NCBI GenBank assembly: GCA_038231455.1
Contig: JBBRLI010000001.1
Location: 32,001-96,000 of the forward strand
Origin: Vulcanimicrobiales bacterium
GTDB taxonomy: Bacteria; Vulcanimicrobiota; Vulcanimicrobiia; Vulcanimicrobiales; Vulcanimicrobiaceae
Length of the DNA stretch: 64,000 bases
Reading direction: 5' to 3'
Position 1 is the stretch's first letter. Every line of letters begins with the position of its first letter. Of the stretch, positions 29,783 through 39,022 are shown piece after piece. The notes under the pieces were generated by a model, which searched no databases, was not told the origin of the DNA, and worked only from the letters and a program-made list of their open reading frames with translations. A program made the translations under genes and the position numbers.

Positions 29783-31710
29783 CGCGGGAGCTTGTTCTTC
29801 CGAAAACGCGGGGGCTTGCGAACCGGCTTGAACTGGGTGCGCGCGCGCTTCGCACGCCCGCCGCGTTCGAGGAGCGCCGACTGAATGTCGGCGTCGATAT
29901 CCTCGCGGATATCCGTAATCTCGGCTTGATTGGTATAAATATCGGGGAACCGCTGGGCGAGCCACAGATAGAGCGTCGCCAAACGCGAGCGATCTTCGTA
30001 GAGAAGCAGCCGGTCGCGCGGCGTTTTGCCGCCTTCGATCAATTCGGAGCCATCGACGATGCCGTGTTGTGCGTGGCGTGCGCCCCACTGCGCGAGAATC
30101 GCAAGACTGTTGCCGCGCGTGTTCACCGGGGCGCGACTGTAGGTGCAGCGCGCTTCCAGGGAGAGATTGAGGAATTCCGGTGAGAATTCGAGCGCGATCG
30201 AGGTTTCGATCGTGTCCGTGAGATCGGCGATGCGCACGCCGCTATCGTCTCCCCGCAGCACGCGCGTTTGGAAAAATTGGAGCAGTCGGCTCACGCGGCT
30301 CGTGCCGAGGATGACCGAGAGGCGACGCAAATGGTCGTCCGTCGGCGAGATCCAGATCGGCGCATCGGTCGGCGCGACTTCGTGCAGCTCGATGCTCTTG
30401 CGTAAGAGCGGGATTGCGCGCGGTTCGAGCGCGCTCACGAGCCCTTCTTCATGAATACCGTAGCGACCGGCGCGGCCGGCGATCTGGCGCACTTCCTGCG
30501 GGGTGAGCAGGCGCATTGCGATACCGTCGTATTTTTCGACGGCCGCGAAAATGAGCCGGCGAATCGGCAAATTGAGTCCAAGGCCGATCGCATCGGTTGC
30601 CACCAGCACATCTGCGGCGCCGCTGCGAAAGCGGTCGGCTTCACGACGACGCACGACCGGTGAGAGCGACCCGTAAATTGCAGCCGATGAAAAGCCAAAC
30701 CGCGCGATCTGGGCTTGCAGTTCGACGACCCCATTCCGGGTGAACGCAACGACGGCATCGCCCGCACGCAGCGCAAGAAGCGGGATCGAACCGACAACAC
30801 GCAGCGGATTCTTCCGCTCGAACCGGCGCACGGCAAGTTCGATGCCGAGCCGTTCCATCAAGCGGCGGGCGGCACGCAGCCCTTCTTCCGAACCGCACAT
30901 CACGACGCGTTTCGCTCGGACACCCGCAATCGCGAGCGTCCAAGCCCAGCCGCGCTGCGGATCTTCGAGCAACTGCGCCTCATCGACCACGGCGACATCG
31001 AGCGTGCGCGAGAGATCGATCATCTCGACGGTCGAACTGACGTGGCGCCCGTAGGGATGGATCACGCGTTCTTCGCCGGTGACGAGCGAGGTTGCAACGC
31101 CGAGGTCGCTCAAACGCTCGTAGACTTCGAGTGCGAGTAACCGCAGTGGCGCAAGATAGACACCGCTCTCGGCTTCGCGCAAGAGTTCGATCGCCGCGTG
31201 CGTTTTTCCCGAATTGGTCGGGCCGACGAAATACTCGAAGGTTCGTACTTGCGCGGTGAGGCCTTCCAGATAGAAGCGCAGCCCCAGGTCCGCTTCGACC
31301 TTTTCATCGACGCGCCGGTTCTCTACATCTTGGTATGCCTGCACGAGTCCGCGACGCGCATCCTCGAGGGCGCTGAAAAACGACGAGCGGTCGAACACAC
31401 TCGTGGTCTCGAGGTCATCGGGTGCGCTCAGAATTTTCGCCGCTGCCCGTTCCATCGCGTACTGGAATTGCCCAACCGACGGATCGACGAGGGGAGCGAC
31501 GGCGGCATCGCCGCCTTCTTTGGTCATTTCGATCGGGACAGGGACGGGGACGCGGCCACGGATGATGATGGTGCGCGGCCCAAGTTGCAGCCGCCGTTCG
31601 ATCCGGATTTCGAGGGTGAGGCCGCCGACCAGCTTCCACCCGAGCTTGTCAGCTACTTTACGCAAGCGCGATCGCTCGGCTCTCAATTCGTTTTTCGGAT
31701 CGGTTTCCAC
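29779..31710 (-). CDS. SUV3-like SF2 RNA helicase
   Basis: GPTNSGKT, APLRLLA, DEAQ, RGWAW, ATDAIGLGLN and QIAGRAGR motifs. Confidence 0.88.
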   Translation of the reverse strand: METDPKNELRAERSRLRKVADKLGWKLVGGLTLEIRIERRLQLGPRTIIIRGRVPVPVPIEMTKEGGDAAVAPLVDPSVGQFQYAMERAAAKILSAPDDLETTSVFDRSSFFSALEDARRGLVQAYQDVENRRVDEKVEADLGLRFYLEGLTAQVRTFEYFVGPTNSGKTHAAIELLREAESGVYLAPLRLLALEVYERLSDLGVATSLVTGEERVIHPYGRHVSSTVEMIDLSRTLDVAVVDEAQLLEDPQRGWAWTLAIAGVRAKRVVMCGSEEGLRAARRLMERLGIELAVRRFERKNPLRVVGSIPLLALRAGDAVVAFTRNGVVELQAQIARFGFSSAAIYGSLSPVVRRREADRFRSGAADVLVATDAIGLGLNLPIRRLIFAAVEKYDGIAMRLLTPQEVRQIAGRAGRYGIHEEGLVSALEPRAIPLLRKSIELHEVAPTDAPIWISPTDDHLRRLSVILGTSRVSRLLQFFQTRVLRGDDSGVRIADLTDTIETSIALEFSPEFLNLSLEARCTYSRAPVNTRGNSLAILAQWGARHAQHGIVDGSELIEGGKTPRDRLLLYEDRSRLATLYLWLAQRFPDIYTNQAEITDIREDIDADIQSALLERGGRAKRARTQFKPVRKPPRFRKNKLPR

Positions 31711-31816
31711 CTCAGAAGTATAACGCGGGCTACAAGAGCCTCAGCCGATGTCGAACTTTTCAGAAGGCGAAACGATCGATATCGCGTCTGGAGACTTTTA
31801 ATTCGATAACGTACAT

Positions 31817-34417
31817 ATGATCGAGTCGAACGCCGAAGCCCCGGCCTCAGACCTCGAGCGCCGCTGCGTTGCGTGGCTCGATGATCTCGCACGCACCCGC
31901 GACTTACTTGCCCCCCTGCGCCATGTCAGCGCAGCCGAGTATCCCACAGCCACGGACCTCGAGCGATTCGTTAGTGGACTACGTTCCGAACTCTTCGAGT
32001 TCAGCACGATCGTCGATGCGGCCGCGAAGACCGCCGAACTCAACGCCGCGCAACTTGCAAGCCTAGTCGAAAACACAAAAGAACAACGGATCGTCGTGGA
32101 CAGCGCCGCCGCCGCCATCGCGCAAGTCGATCGCGGCGCCGCGCAAGTTGCCGAGACAACCGATGGACTACGCGCCGTCACCGGGACGGTTGCAACATCG
32201 ACGAGCGGCTATGAAGCGGGGATCGATCGCGTGATCGGGGCGCTCGCTCGGCTGCGTACGACCGTCGACGACGCCTCGTCGTTCGCGACCGCGACGGAGA
32301 CGGGATCCACCGGCATCATCGTTTTTCTCGATCGCCTCCAACGCATCGCGCGCCAGGCACGCCTGCTCGCGATCAACGCAGCGATCGAGGCGGCTCACCT
32401 CGGCGATCTTGGCCGCGGTTTCGTGATCGTCGCAAATCAAATCAAGACGCTCTCGTCCTCGACCTCCGACTCGGCTCTCAACGTCGCGAAAATTCATAAA
32501 GAACTGCACGACTCGAGCACACGCGTAGAAACCGCGATTCGCGGTTCGGCAGATATCGTCACCGCGCTCGAGCGCGATCTTCAGGATGCGCGCACGGGCT
32601 CGGCCCGCGCGCGCGAACTCATGCGCGATATTGACGCATCGATCGGCGATGTGGCGACGATCGCCGCCGAACAAAGCGCGAACCTCTCCTCGATTGCTAG
32701 CGGCGTCGAGCAGCTTGCAAGCCATGCCCAAGACGTCGCCCTCGCGGCCGAACGCGCCGGGCAACTGGCACTGGGCGAGGCGATCGACCACCTCAAGCAA
32801 ACTATCGCGATCTATAAGCTCGGCGAACCGAGCGCCGCGATGACAACGACCGTCGCGGTCGACGACCTGCCCGTGGGCCTCCACGCCGCCGCTCAAGCAC
32901 TGCGCGATCTCGTCGACCGGGATCAACGCGATATGCTCGCATCAATTATGGTGGTCGCGGTTGCCATCGCGCGCAATAGTTACGAATGGAAGGCGATTGC
33001 GGCGTCGCTGGTCGCCTTACAGAATCAGCTTCAAACAACGACGAACGCGATCGAAGAAACGGCAAACGCCGCCCAAGCTGCCGGCGTTGCGTCCATTCGT
33101 CTGCGCGCATCGCTCGATGCGATGCGGAGCGGCTTTGGCTCCTCCGTCGATGAACTGCAACGCGCACTCGAACGCGTCGCGCGCGTTCGAGAAACGGTCC
33201 GCGAGACCGAGTCCTACGTGGAGGCAACGACGGCGGCGGCGGGCCGCGCGGCGGCAATACTCGATCTGATTGAAGATATTTCGAGTGAGACCACCCTCCT
33301 ATCGTTTAACGCTGCAATCGAAGCGGCTCACGCGGGCGATGCGGGCAGCGGCTTCGGTATTATTGCAAACGAGATCCGCCTGCTCGCCGAGGCAACCTCA
33401 CAGTCGACGGCGCAGATTGCGACCGTGATCGAGGGCATTGCCGAGGCGAGCCGCGACATGCGGACGACATCCGCTTCCGCCGTTACGCAAACCGCCGACG
33501 TACAGACCGAGACCAAAGACGTTCAAGAAACCATCATGCACTTGCGCGGCGAACTGGACTCCACACTCGGACAGGCTGCCGAAGTAGCAACGGTCGTCGA
33601 GCAACAACTCATCGCCCTGCGCAACGTTCGTGCCGCAGCAGAGATCGCCGTGAACCGCACCCGCAGCGACACCGCCGCTGCAACCGACGGACGTCGACTC
33701 GAGCTCGCCATGCTCGGCATGCGGGCGCACGTGCTCGCCGCGCGTCGACCGCTCGGCATCGTCGCCGAAACGATTCGCGAGATCGGTCTGCGCGTCGCCG
33801 AAAAAATGGACGGCGTCTTCGATGCAGCAATCGAGCGCGGTGCGATTACGATCGATGACTGCTACGATACGAATTACATTCCGATCGTCGGAGAGAAGAT
33901 CGAAGAACTCGGCCGCCTTTTCGACGTCACAAAAGTACCTGAGGCGGGATTCAACCCGCCAAAATTTGCCACACGCTACGACCGCGCCGTTGAAGACGGA
34001 TTCAACGCGCTCATCGACGCGTCGGTTCCCGAGAACGCGTCGATCAAAGCCATGTTCGCCGTGGACCTTAACGGCTATTGCTTCGGCCACTTTCACAAAT
34101 GCCGGCAAGCGTGGACCGGCGACTACACGCGCGACCTGAACGATAACCGCATCAAACGCTTCTTCGATGACGAGCTGAGCCTGCGGTGTTCTCGCGTGGG
34201 TCTCGGGGCGGAATCCGATAATCTCCCCAAACGCACCGCGTATGCGGCGTTCAAAGAACGCGGCTGCGTCCTACGCCTGGAGAATCCGCGGCCGTGGGCG
34301 ATCTTCACCTACGCGCGCGACACGGGGATCGTGTATAACGATCTTTCGGTCAGTCTCTTCGCGCAAGGGCACCGCGTTGGCACCATCCGCATCATCTACG
34401 ATGCCGACGTCGTTTAA
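31817..34417 (+). CDS. Soluble methyl-accepting chemotaxis protein with two signalling domains and a C-terminal domain
   Basis: Two hairpin-tip motifs, LLAINAAIEAAHLGDLGRGF and LLSFNAAIEAAHAGDAGSGF; no obvious TM segment. Confidence 0.85.
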   Translation: MIESNAEAPASDLERRCVAWLDDLARTRDLLAPLRHVSAAEYPTATDLERFVSGLRSELFEFSTIVDAAAKTAELNAAQLASLVENTKEQRIVVDSAAAAIAQVDRGAAQVAETTDGLRAVTGTVATSTSGYEAGIDRVIGALARLRTTVDDASSFATATETGSTGIIVFLDRLQRIARQARLLAINAAIEAAHLGDLGRGFVIVANQIKTLSSSTSDSALNVAKIHKELHDSSTRVETAIRGSADIVTALERDLQDARTGSARARELMRDIDASIGDVATIAAEQSANLSSIASGVEQLASHAQDVALAAERAGQLALGEAIDHLKQTIAIYKLGEPSAAMTTTVAVDDLPVGLHAAAQALRDLVDRDQRDMLASIMVVAVAIARNSYEWKAIAASLVALQNQLQTTTNAIEETANAAQAAGVASIRLRASLDAMRSGFGSSVDELQRALERVARVRETVRETESYVEATTAAAGRAAAILDLIEDISSETTLLSFNAAIEAAHAGDAGSGFGIIANEIRLLAEATSQSTAQIATVIEGIAEASRDMRTTSASAVTQTADVQTETKDVQETIMHLRGELDSTLGQAAEVATVVEQQLIALRNVRAAAEIAVNRTRSDTAAATDGRRLELAMLGMRAHVLAARRPLGIVAETIREIGLRVAEKMDGVFDAAIERGAITIDDCYDTNYIPIVGEKIEELGRLFDVTKVPEAGFNPPKFATRYDRAVEDGFNALIDASVPENASIKAMFAVDLNGYCFGHFHKCRQAWTGDYTRDLNDNRIKRFFDDELSLRCSRVGLGAESDNLPKRTAYAAFKERGCVLRLENPRPWAIFTYARDTGIVYNDLSVSLFAQGHRVGTIRIIYDADVV

Positions 34418-34530
34418 GTAAGCCCTCGCTTTGCCGCTCTCAATCTCCAAGCAAACTCACAGCACTTTCGAGCGCCGCATGCGTTAGTGAGGTAGATAGC
34501 GTGACATCTGCGTCGCGCTCGGAGAACACT

Positions 34531-35208
34531 ATGCGCGTCAAAGAAATCATCCACGCAGCCCTCGCTCTCTCGCTCATCGTCTTACCGAGCGTTGCGCTGG
34601 CCGATACCGACCCGACCAACCACAATTACAATAACGGCCAGTACAATAACGGACAACCCAATAACGGCCAGTGGAACAACGGTCAAAACAACAATAACCG
34701 CCGCCGTCGGAACGACAACGATAACGACGATCGCCGCGACCGCGATGACCGCAACCAGAACAACAATGGCCAATACGGCAATAACGGTCAGTATGGCAAT
34801 AACGGCCAGTACGGCAACAACGGCCAATACGGCAACAACGGCCAATACGGCAACAACGGCCAGTACGGCAACGGTTCTTACGGGACGCGCCGGCTCAGCA
34901 GCGTCGTGAGCGGCTACTCCGGCTACGATCTCGATGTGAACAACGGTCCGCACATCCGGCTGCATCAGGGCACAGTCATCAACCCGACCGGTGTGACGCT
35001 CCAGCGCGGCATGCGCGTGAACATCACCGGCCACGGCAACGACGACGGCAGCTTTGAAGCCGACCGCATCGATGTTCTTGGCAACCAGTACGGCAACACC
35101 AAGAACGGGAATAACCACGGCCTCGGCAGCCTGGGGAATCTCGGCAACTTGGGAAATCTCGGCTACTTGGGCAACCTGAGCAGCATACTCGGCAACCTCA
35201 AAATCTAG
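34531..35208 (+). CDS. Secreted N/G/Q/Y-rich repeat protein with a small beta domain (DUF5666-like)
   Basis: GGAG SD; signal peptide ending ALA; NNGQYG and LGN repeats flank HQGTVINPTGVTL...GSFEADRI. Confidence 0.7.
   Translation: MRVKEIIHAALALSLIVLPSVALADTDPTNHNYNNGQYNNGQPNNGQWNNGQNNNNRRRRNDNDNDDRRDRDDRNQNNNGQYGNNGQYGNNGQYGNNGQYGNNGQYGNNGQYGNGSYGTRRLSSVVSGYSGYDLDVNNGPHIRLHQGTVINPTGVTLQRGMRVNITGHGNDDGSFEADRIDVLGNQYGNTKNGNNHGLGSLGNLGNLGNLGYLGNLSSILGNLKI
34762..34869 (+). repeat. Six 18-bp coding tandem repeats (NNGQYG)
   Basis: AAYAAYGGYCARTAYGGC x6, differing only at synonymous positions. Confidence 0.9.
35122..35178 (+). repeat. 9-bp coding repeat (LGN-like, about 6 copies)
   Basis: Translates to LGSLGNLGNLGNLGYLGNL. 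Confidence 0.75.
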
Positions 35209-35227
35209 CGCTGAGCGCGCGCAGCGG

Positions 35228-37219
35228 TTAGACCTGCTGCGCGCGTTTCCCAATCCAGCGATAGAGCGCGACGACGGCGAGCGCGAATGCGATCGTCCCG
35301 ATGTAATTTGCCGCGGTCGCAAAGTCGTCGCCGACCACGGCGAACGGCTCGCCTTTCTTCGAGACGACAATGATGCCCGCGAGCAACACGCCAAAGAGGC
35401 TCTCGCCAACGATAAGTCCCGATGCGAGCAACACGCCTAAGCGTTTTGCAACCTCGGGATTTTTGTTTTCTGCGGCCCACCGGTCGTAGAATTTTCCGAC
35501 AACGGCGCCGACGACGATCATGAGCGTCGTCCCGGTCGGCAGATAGATGCCCAGTCCAACCGCGAGCGGTGCTAGCCGCTTATCGCCGGTCTTGCGCAGC
35601 ACTTCGTCGATCGCAACGATGAGGAGACCGACGAGCGCGCCGATACCAATCAATCCCCAATCGAGTTTGCCGCCGATGACGCCGTTTGCAAGCGCAGAGA
35701 TCAGCGTTGCCTGCGGTGCGGCTAGCGGCTGCGCGGTAACGCCGGCTGCCGACCCGGCAAAGCCGTACGCGTGATTGAGCAAATCCAGAATCGGCGGAAT
35801 CACGATCGCACCGAAGATCACGCCGATCACGAGTGCGACTTGCTGCTTCCACGGCGTTGCATCGACCAGTTGGCCGGTCTTGAGATCTTGCAAGTTGTCG
35901 TTCGAAATGGTCGCGATGCACAAGACGACGGCGGTGACGAAGAGTGCAAAAGCGACCAGCGCTTTTGCCGCTTCGGGATTCGCGGGATGCGCGACGGCGA
36001 CGAGCAGCAGCGCGGCGCCGAGAACCGTGAGAATCGCAAGCCCCGACACGGGACTATTCGATGAACCGATGAGACCGGCCATATAGCCGCAGACCGCCGC
36101 GACTACAAGCCCCGCGACGACGATGTAGGCGATCGCGCCGATGACGAGCGGAATCGCAAGGGAACTAAGGACGGTGCCGGAGAGAAAGGCCCAGAGCAAG
36201 ATGGCGAGCGGAATCAGACAAACGACGCTGATAATCGCAACGATGTTGAATGGAATGTCTTGTTCCGTTGTCGGCAGCACGTCGCCGTCGGCGCGTTTAC
36301 GCGAGGCGGCAAGCGAAGAGATCACGCCACGCACGACGGGCGAGGTGAGGCGTCCGAGCGACCAAATCGCCGCAACGCCGATCGTACCCGCGCCGATGAA
36401 GCGCACTTGCGTGCGCCAGACGTGCACGGCAAACTTCGCGGCGTCGCCGACTTCGGGATGCATGGCCGTAAGGATTGGTGTTGCGATTCCCCACGCGATG
36501 ACGATCCCGACCATCATCGCGATTGCGACACTCAAGCCGACGAGATGCCCGACGCCGAGCAGTGCAAACGAGAGACCCGTGCCCAGCCCCGTCGCCGAGG
36601 GTCCGATGCGCGTGTAGTAGGAGATTTCCGCAGCGAAGACTTTCATCGCGGCGACGAGCGCAAAGCCCGCCGACGCAACAGATCCCCACACGACCGCGAG
36701 CAAACCGACTTTGTTTTCTGCGATTGCGGCAGCCGATGCTTGGGAATCGCGCGAGCCGGCGCCGACGCGCAAGACTTCCGCCGCGGCAACGCCTTCGGGA
36801 TAGGGGAGATCCGATTCGGTCACCATCGCGCGACGCAGCGGCACCGAATACATCACGCCGAGGATGCCGCCGACGGTGCAAATCCCAAACGACTCCCAAA
36901 ATGGGAAGCCGGTCCACCAGCCGACCATGACGAGGCCCGGCAGTACGAAGATAATCGAAGAGAGCGTTCCGGCGGCCGAAGCCACCGTCTGCACGATGTT
37001 GTTCTCCCAGATGGTCGCGCTCTTGAAGCCGCGCAGCACGGCCATCGAGATGACCGCCGCCGGGATCGAGGAGGCGAACGTCAGCCCGACTTTCAGGCCC
37101 AGGTAAACGTTGGCGGCGGTGAAAACGAGCGTGATCAACGCGCCAAGGATCACCCCGCGGATCGTTAACTCCACGCGCTTATCGAAAGAAGAACGCGATG
37201 GGACGGCAGCAGAACGCAA
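35228..37219 (-). CDS. OPT family oligopeptide transporter
   Basis: ELTIRG, YLGLKVG, ENNIVQT, YPEG and LQDLKTG motifs; TTG start after GAGGGG SD. Confidence 0.9.
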   Translation of the reverse strand: MRSAAVPSRSSFDKRVELTIRGVILGALITLVFTAANVYLGLKVGLTFASSIPAAVISMAVLRGFKSATIWENNIVQTVASAAGTLSSIIFVLPGLVMVGWWTGFPFWESFGICTVGGILGVMYSVPLRRAMVTESDLPYPEGVAAAEVLRVGAGSRDSQASAAAIAENKVGLLAVVWGSVASAGFALVAAMKVFAAEISYYTRIGPSATGLGTGLSFALLGVGHLVGLSVAIAMMVGIVIAWGIATPILTAMHPEVGDAAKFAVHVWRTQVRFIGAGTIGVAAIWSLGRLTSPVVRGVISSLAASRKRADGDVLPTTEQDIPFNIVAIISVVCLIPLAILLWAFLSGTVLSSLAIPLVIGAIAYIVVAGLVVAAVCGYMAGLIGSSNSPVSGLAILTVLGAALLLVAVAHPANPEAAKALVAFALFVTAVVLCIATISNDNLQDLKTGQLVDATPWKQQVALVIGVIFGAIVIPPILDLLNHAYGFAGSAAGVTAQPLAAPQATLISALANGVIGGKLDWGLIGIGALVGLLIVAIDEVLRKTGDKRLAPLAVGLGIYLPTGTTLMIVVGAVVGKFYDRWAAENKNPEVAKRLGVLLASGLIVGESLFGVLLAGIIVVSKKGEPFAVVGDDFATAANYIGTIAFALAVVALYRWIGKRAQQV

Positions 37220-37296
37220 AACGGATTCCCCCTCTTCCTGCGGCGGTTTGGCGCGCGGGTGCAGTTCGTCCTCGCGGAGCTCTCGAATCACCGCGA

Positions 37297-38339
37297 ATGA
37301 ACGTTGCCGCCGCCCTCTTCGCGCTCGCGATTCTCGGCGCACCGCTTCCGCAGACGCAGCGCCCGAGAGTCTGCGCGTCCGTTTGGACCATGCCCAGAGC
37401 CAGTATGCTGACCTCGTCGAACGCGCCGGGCCGTCCTATCGACTGATGAAGGACCTTGGGCTCGAAGCACGCCTCAAAAGCGATCGCGAGGCGCTGGACC
37501 CAAGCGCGCAGCCGAGCGGCTTTGGTGCCGCCGATTGGGAAGAGACGCTCGCGCAGTTGGTCGCGCTCGATACGGACCTTGTGGCTCAGGCCAGCGGGAC
37601 GCCGCGGCCGCTCGACTTCAAACCAGGACTCCAGGCGCTCTTATACCGCTCGTCGGTCGACGGCGTGGTCGATGCCATCGCCGCCTACGTGCCGCCGCGT
37701 CCGCGCGGACGCGTGGCCTTCGTCTTGCACGGCAACCCGCAAACCGAGAGCGAACTGCTCGCCCAACCCTACCTGCGCAATCTGGCCGATGAGACCGGGA
37801 CGATTCTCATTGCGCCCTACGGCCGCGGCAGCTACGATTTTATTGGGCCGGCGACCTCCGATCTCTACGGATTGGTGGAGACGGTACGTTCGATGCATGA
37901 ATTTGCGCATGCGGATTTCTTTCTCGTCGGCTACTCGATGGGCGGTTTTACCGCGTTCATGATCGGCCCCGATGCCCCCGGACGCTGGAAAGCGGTCATG
38001 GATATTTCGGGGTCACTTGTTGGAAGTGCGGCAAAACGCGTCCTTAAAACGTGGAAAAACACGCCGATTTACGTCGTTTTCGGCAGTTCGGATACGAGTA
38101 TCCCAACACAGTTCGGGCGCGACACGGCCGTCTTTCTGTTCTTGCAAAACGTGCCGGTGAGTTACTACGAAGATGCCCACGGGGATCACCGCATCCGCTC
38201 GTTCTTGCCGACGCTGCGCACGGCTTGGCGCGACATGCACGATGGAACCGTGCGCGACAACGCGGTCGGGCGCCTCGCCCGTGACGGCGTCCCGAGTCTC
38301 CCGGGAAAGAGTGGTACGGGAACAACGCGTCCCGACTGA
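37297..38339 (+). pseudogene. Secreted alpha/beta-hydrolase (esterase-like) with a frameshift in the signal peptide
   Basis: ATG 37297 reads MNVAAALFALAILG, then the frame changes to TASADAAPES...; LHG, GYSMGG, D and H catalytic motifs follow. Confidence 0.7.
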
Positions 38340-38464
38340 GGTAACCCGCTAAGGTTCGCAGGCGTAACCGCCGACACAGTTAGTATCGGGTTGGTAAGGC
38401 GCTCCTTTAGAAGAGCGGCTCACTTCCCATTGCACCACCTCGTTTAGAACGTGGGAGATTTTTC

Positions 38465-39022
38465 ATGTCATCCGACAAACCGGGAAACGTCGTCGAAAAA
38501 TACCTGAGCACGGCGCACGCTCCCCGTGTCGCCGGACAGCGCGATCGTCGCGTACGCCGGACTTCGGCCGCCGACCGCTTTGAGTCGCCCGCCGCAATCA
38601 TCCGTCAGGTGTACCCGTTCCACCTCAGCACGATCGTCCGCGATCTCGCCGAGGCGCGCCACTTCTATACAACGATCCTGGGCAGGCCCGAGCTGCGCGC
38701 GACACCGACGTCGCTGCACTTAGACTTCTGGGGCAGTCAGCTTACACTCCACGGCATCCCCGGCTTCAATGCCGAGGCGCTGCATCGTGAAGTCGATGCC
38801 GAGATCGTGCCGGTGCCGCACTTCGGTTCGGCCGTCACGCTCGAGGAATTCCACGAAGTCGCCGATCGTCTAAAAAAAGCGAATCACCCCTTCGTCCTCG
38901 AACCCCATCTTCGATTTATCGACAAACCGTTCGAACACTGGGTTCTCTTCGTTCTTGACCCTTCAGGAAACGCAATCGAAATGAAGCACTTCACAAAAGT
39001 TCCGCCGCTCACGTGGGTGTAG
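38465..39022 (+). CDS. VOC/glyoxalase family protein
   Basis: PFHL, ARHFY, VPVPHFG and DPSGNAIEMK motifs. Confidence 0.85.
   Translation: MSSDKPGNVVEKYLSTAHAPRVAGQRDRRVRRTSAADRFESPAAIIRQVYPFHLSTIVRDLAEARHFYTTILGRPELRATPTSLHLDFWGSQLTLHGIPGFNAEALHREVDAEIVPVPHFGSAVTLEEFHEVADRLKKANHPFVLEPHLRFIDKPFEHWVLFVLDPSGNAIEMKHFTKVPPLTWV

Noticed and set aside
34762-34869. Regular short repeats as a CRISPR array
   Set aside because: They are contiguous 18-bp in-frame coding repeats with no spacers and no cas genes.
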